From assembly GCA_000004985.1 (NCBI GenBank), contig GG738941.1: a DNA stretch of 45,328 nucleotides, one strand, 5' to 3'. Numbering within the stretch: position 1 is the first letter of the stretch; each line of letters opens with the position of its first letter. Below, one piece after another: positions 45,301 to 45,328 of this stretch. The notes beneath the pieces are model-generated. The model was not told where the DNA came from and searched no databases. It saw only the letters and a program-made list of their open reading frames with translations. Origin of the DNA: Naegleria gruberi (Eukaryota). The position numbers and the translations under genes are program-made.

Positions 45301-45328
45301 ATGTTTGCCAATGCTTATGGTAATGATG
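36386..45328 (+). CDS. Giant secreted/membrane protein, >2980 aa, 3' end beyond window: signal/anchor, then five iterations of [array of ~8-10 EGF-like repeats + ~220-aa beta-helix-like module, candidate ice-binding-like/DUF3494]
   Basis: I translated a single frame, phase 36386 mod 3, from the stop at 36377 to the window end without meeting a stop. The track omits it because it has no stop in the window. First ATG is 36386; alternatives are 36434 (aaaacATGATGATG) and 36485. Hydrophobic stretch TTTVGIIIVVLFMLLISMHLITCSFT. EGF units are CxGIxSxxxSVCSGxGxCxxxDxCxCxxxYxGxxC. Non-EGF modules are at about 36968-37650, 39191-39860, 41423-42150, 43319-43935 and 44509-45230. Confidence 0.85.
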   Translation, partial: MTITTTGKVSLREGENMMMKILPSHHHHSKKFHMLNYTSSTTTVGIIIVVLFMLLISMHLITCSFTCNFIDESDTLNVCSGNGTCIADDECQCNSGFLGNNCEYVQCFGISNEMVQQVCNGHGICIGPDVCLCDYNYQGESCNQTIPTQPTQPTTITCFGVEKNTPNVCSGRGSCSQQDLCSCSAGFNGHRCEKDIFAGYKLVSSSNLIIAKNSETNVNLTASIAATEIVLSSIYGYEPVAYIPQGQATITTIDPNDLNNFAGLLYNETEKKVIELFSLPCTQQISNPDTDMSRLIVVKHGGVYCMDQGWRVDGHTFVIVGTETVVFKLPFAVYTQATFYYLECASYRNVFWITYDGQVERTSFSGNVHGTIIGIESGFDVSDIVYGSVWYWGRSSQIMLFEATFTEPITFNQEEPYFRDECARTYCFGIISSDNSSCNGRGLCVANNTCLCNEESYGDECSFYACNGITGDGFGVCTGHGDCIATDTCSCRDNYNGTWCEWTTCAGIPNTESEVCNSRGLCLDHDSCSCDPQFGYGGANCDIPVCNGGVGTCTGSRGVCTAPDVCLCSPEFFGEFCEKSFCYGIASNDSSVCSGGHGTCLNTDTCVCHDGYMGTLCDGFTCMGFTNNDSAVCSGRGSCIDANMCQCNNGFTGSNCEISTCYGISSINSSFVCSGKGICTGVDTCVCQNNYTGYMCQETTCDGIESTNETVCNGHGSCFPKDKCNCLIEFVGEKCQYPTCFGISALNESVCGGRGNCTELNECNCTENYLGEECQLTTCNGVPSNSSFTCGAHGQCLDFDTCQCEDYYLGSFCEEFECFGVSTHSSSVCSGRGTCLAFDSCACSPSTFGGNCEFTRCNGTINTDPHVCNGLGSCINPEVCVCVPNYFGDFCEVTTCGGVPSNSSNVCNGHGSCISFNTCICEELFAGATCEMFQNDIFAGYKLISTNPVLVKTNPSNYALLNASMLIPSMNASSGQYIYISNKNAVITNTNSTMGSWILSKAMLQVNSLEKLACTVNVTNPATYFGTKIVIKHGGVYCFQSSSWTLTSSQQFIIIGTEPVIFRANTITSTGPSFTYLECASFRNVFWFTYGVNSTTSTFNGTVHGTVIAKGGSLSIGGSVQGTAWYVANTNTFNPTLINARFATPTTFSPFDPYITSSCDYTTCYNIKSTNGSVCSGKGSCTDLDTCVCQTNSYGTDCSLYKCNGILSSSAFVCSGHGDCVNPNTCSCDLHYNNTYCDETSCNGIESTDPYVCNSRGQCKTFNKCTCNTALGFGGDNCDIFLCGGVLATSASVCSGHGECTAPNTCACADHYSGTYCGTTSCFGISSGDSSVCSGNGRCSSYDTCTCKTGYYGSDCSNYNCYGINKDDSKVCASHGECIDYNNCKCQDGYFGSDCSMTKCFGILSNSTLACSSKGTCTALDTCTCISNYTGSQCQETTCNNIPSTDPNVCNGHGKCWPLETCTCSASSGYTGNYCQLPICYGYYSTHASACTSQTRGQCIAPNNCSCAEHYYGTICEKTTCNGGASDYFLTCSNHGLCTAFNTCTCAFGYSGSDCELYGCNGISSLSNNTCSGNGVCRGYNWCSCKSGYIGNYCQLTSCNGIQSDSASVCSGKHGDCIAYETCACHEHYWGTDCEFTTCNGTVNSNLTYVCSGHGKCNAYDKCTCDFDYDGDWCENYVYDNFAGYRVAIKDNIRISYQKDLPFAANVNSYPFYRVDSTKGVPYYVGNANFTEALSTQLIHEKASTHFYRNYKMGSCKWIYDIENPFVVRNGGVFCLSSSMYLSPSNKIVIIGPEPVIFIIQSGYLTYIYPNIIFAECASYRNLIFMVWSRIYVTRWNDWTGWYSYWSTVTSVITGGPYGSNLPPISATFFGMDGYFEFHGKFAGLIVNSRYIQFYDVSLEEPYSFDRYEPYITEECLNLTNCFNIYSNNETVCTGRGSCIDYDVCTCRDISYGKDCSISKCNGIMGNLTSVCSGHGKCTDHDVCTCDTHYYGEWCQYTTCNIYNNTEPEVCNSRGVCPLYNNCTCDLSYGYTGYDCETPICYNYTATNSKVCSGHGSCYLPDSCNCSDLYFGDNCEKTYCYGIESNSSMVCTARGRCWPYNTCNCTTGYYGVSCAEYNCFGINRNSSLGCSNRGTCSNINTCDCRDGYYGSNCSVSKCFGVFSNSSLTCNGLGTCKNTNNCTCTTNYFGLNCNETYCNSVKSTNSSVCTARGQCWPYNNCTCSTGYTGLWCQIGICFGVNGSSPSTCNGLGSCLSYNNCNCSKNYYGDNCNVTTCSGILSNNTKVCSGRGSCWPYNNCTCKAGYFGSNCELDYFAGYKFETTYTGQYKFTASGNSVITNTTTTATGQNLVTSLGRRIAELAAMPCTYTISNPTTELGRKILVRNGGVYCISNSWTIDGQTFTIIGTEPVVFKMNNLKYSSAIFNYIECASYRNVFWLPNDAVGYSNFTGTIHGTVITSSANIDYWINAADVQGAFWFYSPTYQGKTYLKDSKFGVPYTFDQSVMTLDSKCNYFTCFNITSNKNSTCAGKGKCVDFDTCVCNPNTYGKDCSISICNGTFGNYSTVCSGHGSCISQDKCSCSYGHNGTWCQYTSCSGLPASSPLVCSQRGVCEFYNNCTCNSTLGYGGPNCDTPVCNGLVGLCSGLGRGQCLSPNTCSCNAHYYGEFCQFTTCYGIESNNVSKVCSGRGICSAYNNCTCRAGFIGNQCEYDVFAGYKLVSNQPPLLLKNSKINAPLVAGIVVPSQKINPPSLLYPDKVYPYTAQGNAIITTPTSVNGSLIMKELSKKVVELQNLPCDYIINKPDTEMGQKIVIEFGGVYCFKNGWTINGQQFIIVGTQPVVFKVPYLKYLGATFKYLKCASYRNVFWFPNFYGVGFTGKLLTNTFSGNVHGTIVARYGYDFMIADNIQGSIWFYTTETGYVTLKEARLSTPITFNPLLPYEQEVCNTFTCYEIESSANNTCSGRGRCVDYNNCQCLPMLMVMM
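36968..45230 (+). repeat. Intragenic super-repeat, period ~2.2 kb (then 1.9 and 1.2 kb): 5 copies of module [D/N]xFAGY[KR]...LPC...GGVYC...ECAS[YF]RN[VL]FW...GNVHGT[IV]..., each followed by EGF units
   Basis: Module starts at 36968, 39191, 41423, 43319 and 44509. The conserved blocks are directly readable in the translation of all five copies. DNA-level identity is only moderate, so the duplications are old and the protein has diverged. Confidence 0.8.

Noticed and set aside
1-45328. Ciliate (Paramecium-like) origin, suggested by the CCCAAA telomere unit
   Set aside because: ORFs of 5-9 kb stay open under the standard code with TAA as the terminator. Gln is encoded by CAA/CAG, and there are no in-frame TAA/TAG sense codons. 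The one exception is the lesion at 34592.

Overview
This window is eukaryotic, not prokaryotic. It is AT-rich and uses the standard genetic code, because multi-kb ORFs stay open with TAA/TAG as stops. Genes are monocistronic and divergently or convergently arranged, with 'aaaaaaaATG' start contexts and at least one short GTAAGT...AG intron candidate. The style is dictyostelid (social amoeba)-like. The assembly is draft subtelomeric: N-gaps at 1100-6455, 7467-7516 and 8434-20461 account for 17.4 kb, and the giant 'X' ORFs in the track are gap artefacts. Two telomere-type arrays, (CCCAAA)n at 1-424 and 7517-7899, share one orientation and flank a ~310-bp tandem satellite. From ~20.5 kb onward the content is: a 1716-aa+ secreted protein on the minus strand (signal peptide, two beta-propeller/NHL-like regions, two EGF arrays, 4-Cys C-terminal repeats) that runs into the 12-kb gap after a frame break; a Sel1-repeat/BTB-like protein with a probable hidden 72-nt intron; an F-box/LRR protein; a C2-domain protein; a solitary 5S rRNA gene; a second F-box/RNI-type LRR gene disrupted by a frame switch and an in-frame TAA; and a giant plus-strand gene (>2980 aa, 3'-partial) with a ~2.2-kb super-repeat. 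Each super-repeat unit is an array of ~10 EGF repeats plus a ~220-aa module whose conserved motifs (FAGYK, GGVYC, ECASYRNVFW, GNVHGT) look like an ice-binding-like/DUF3494 beta-helix domain. That module is present five times and is the most unusual element here. No tRNA genes, transposons or CRISPR arrays were recognised.
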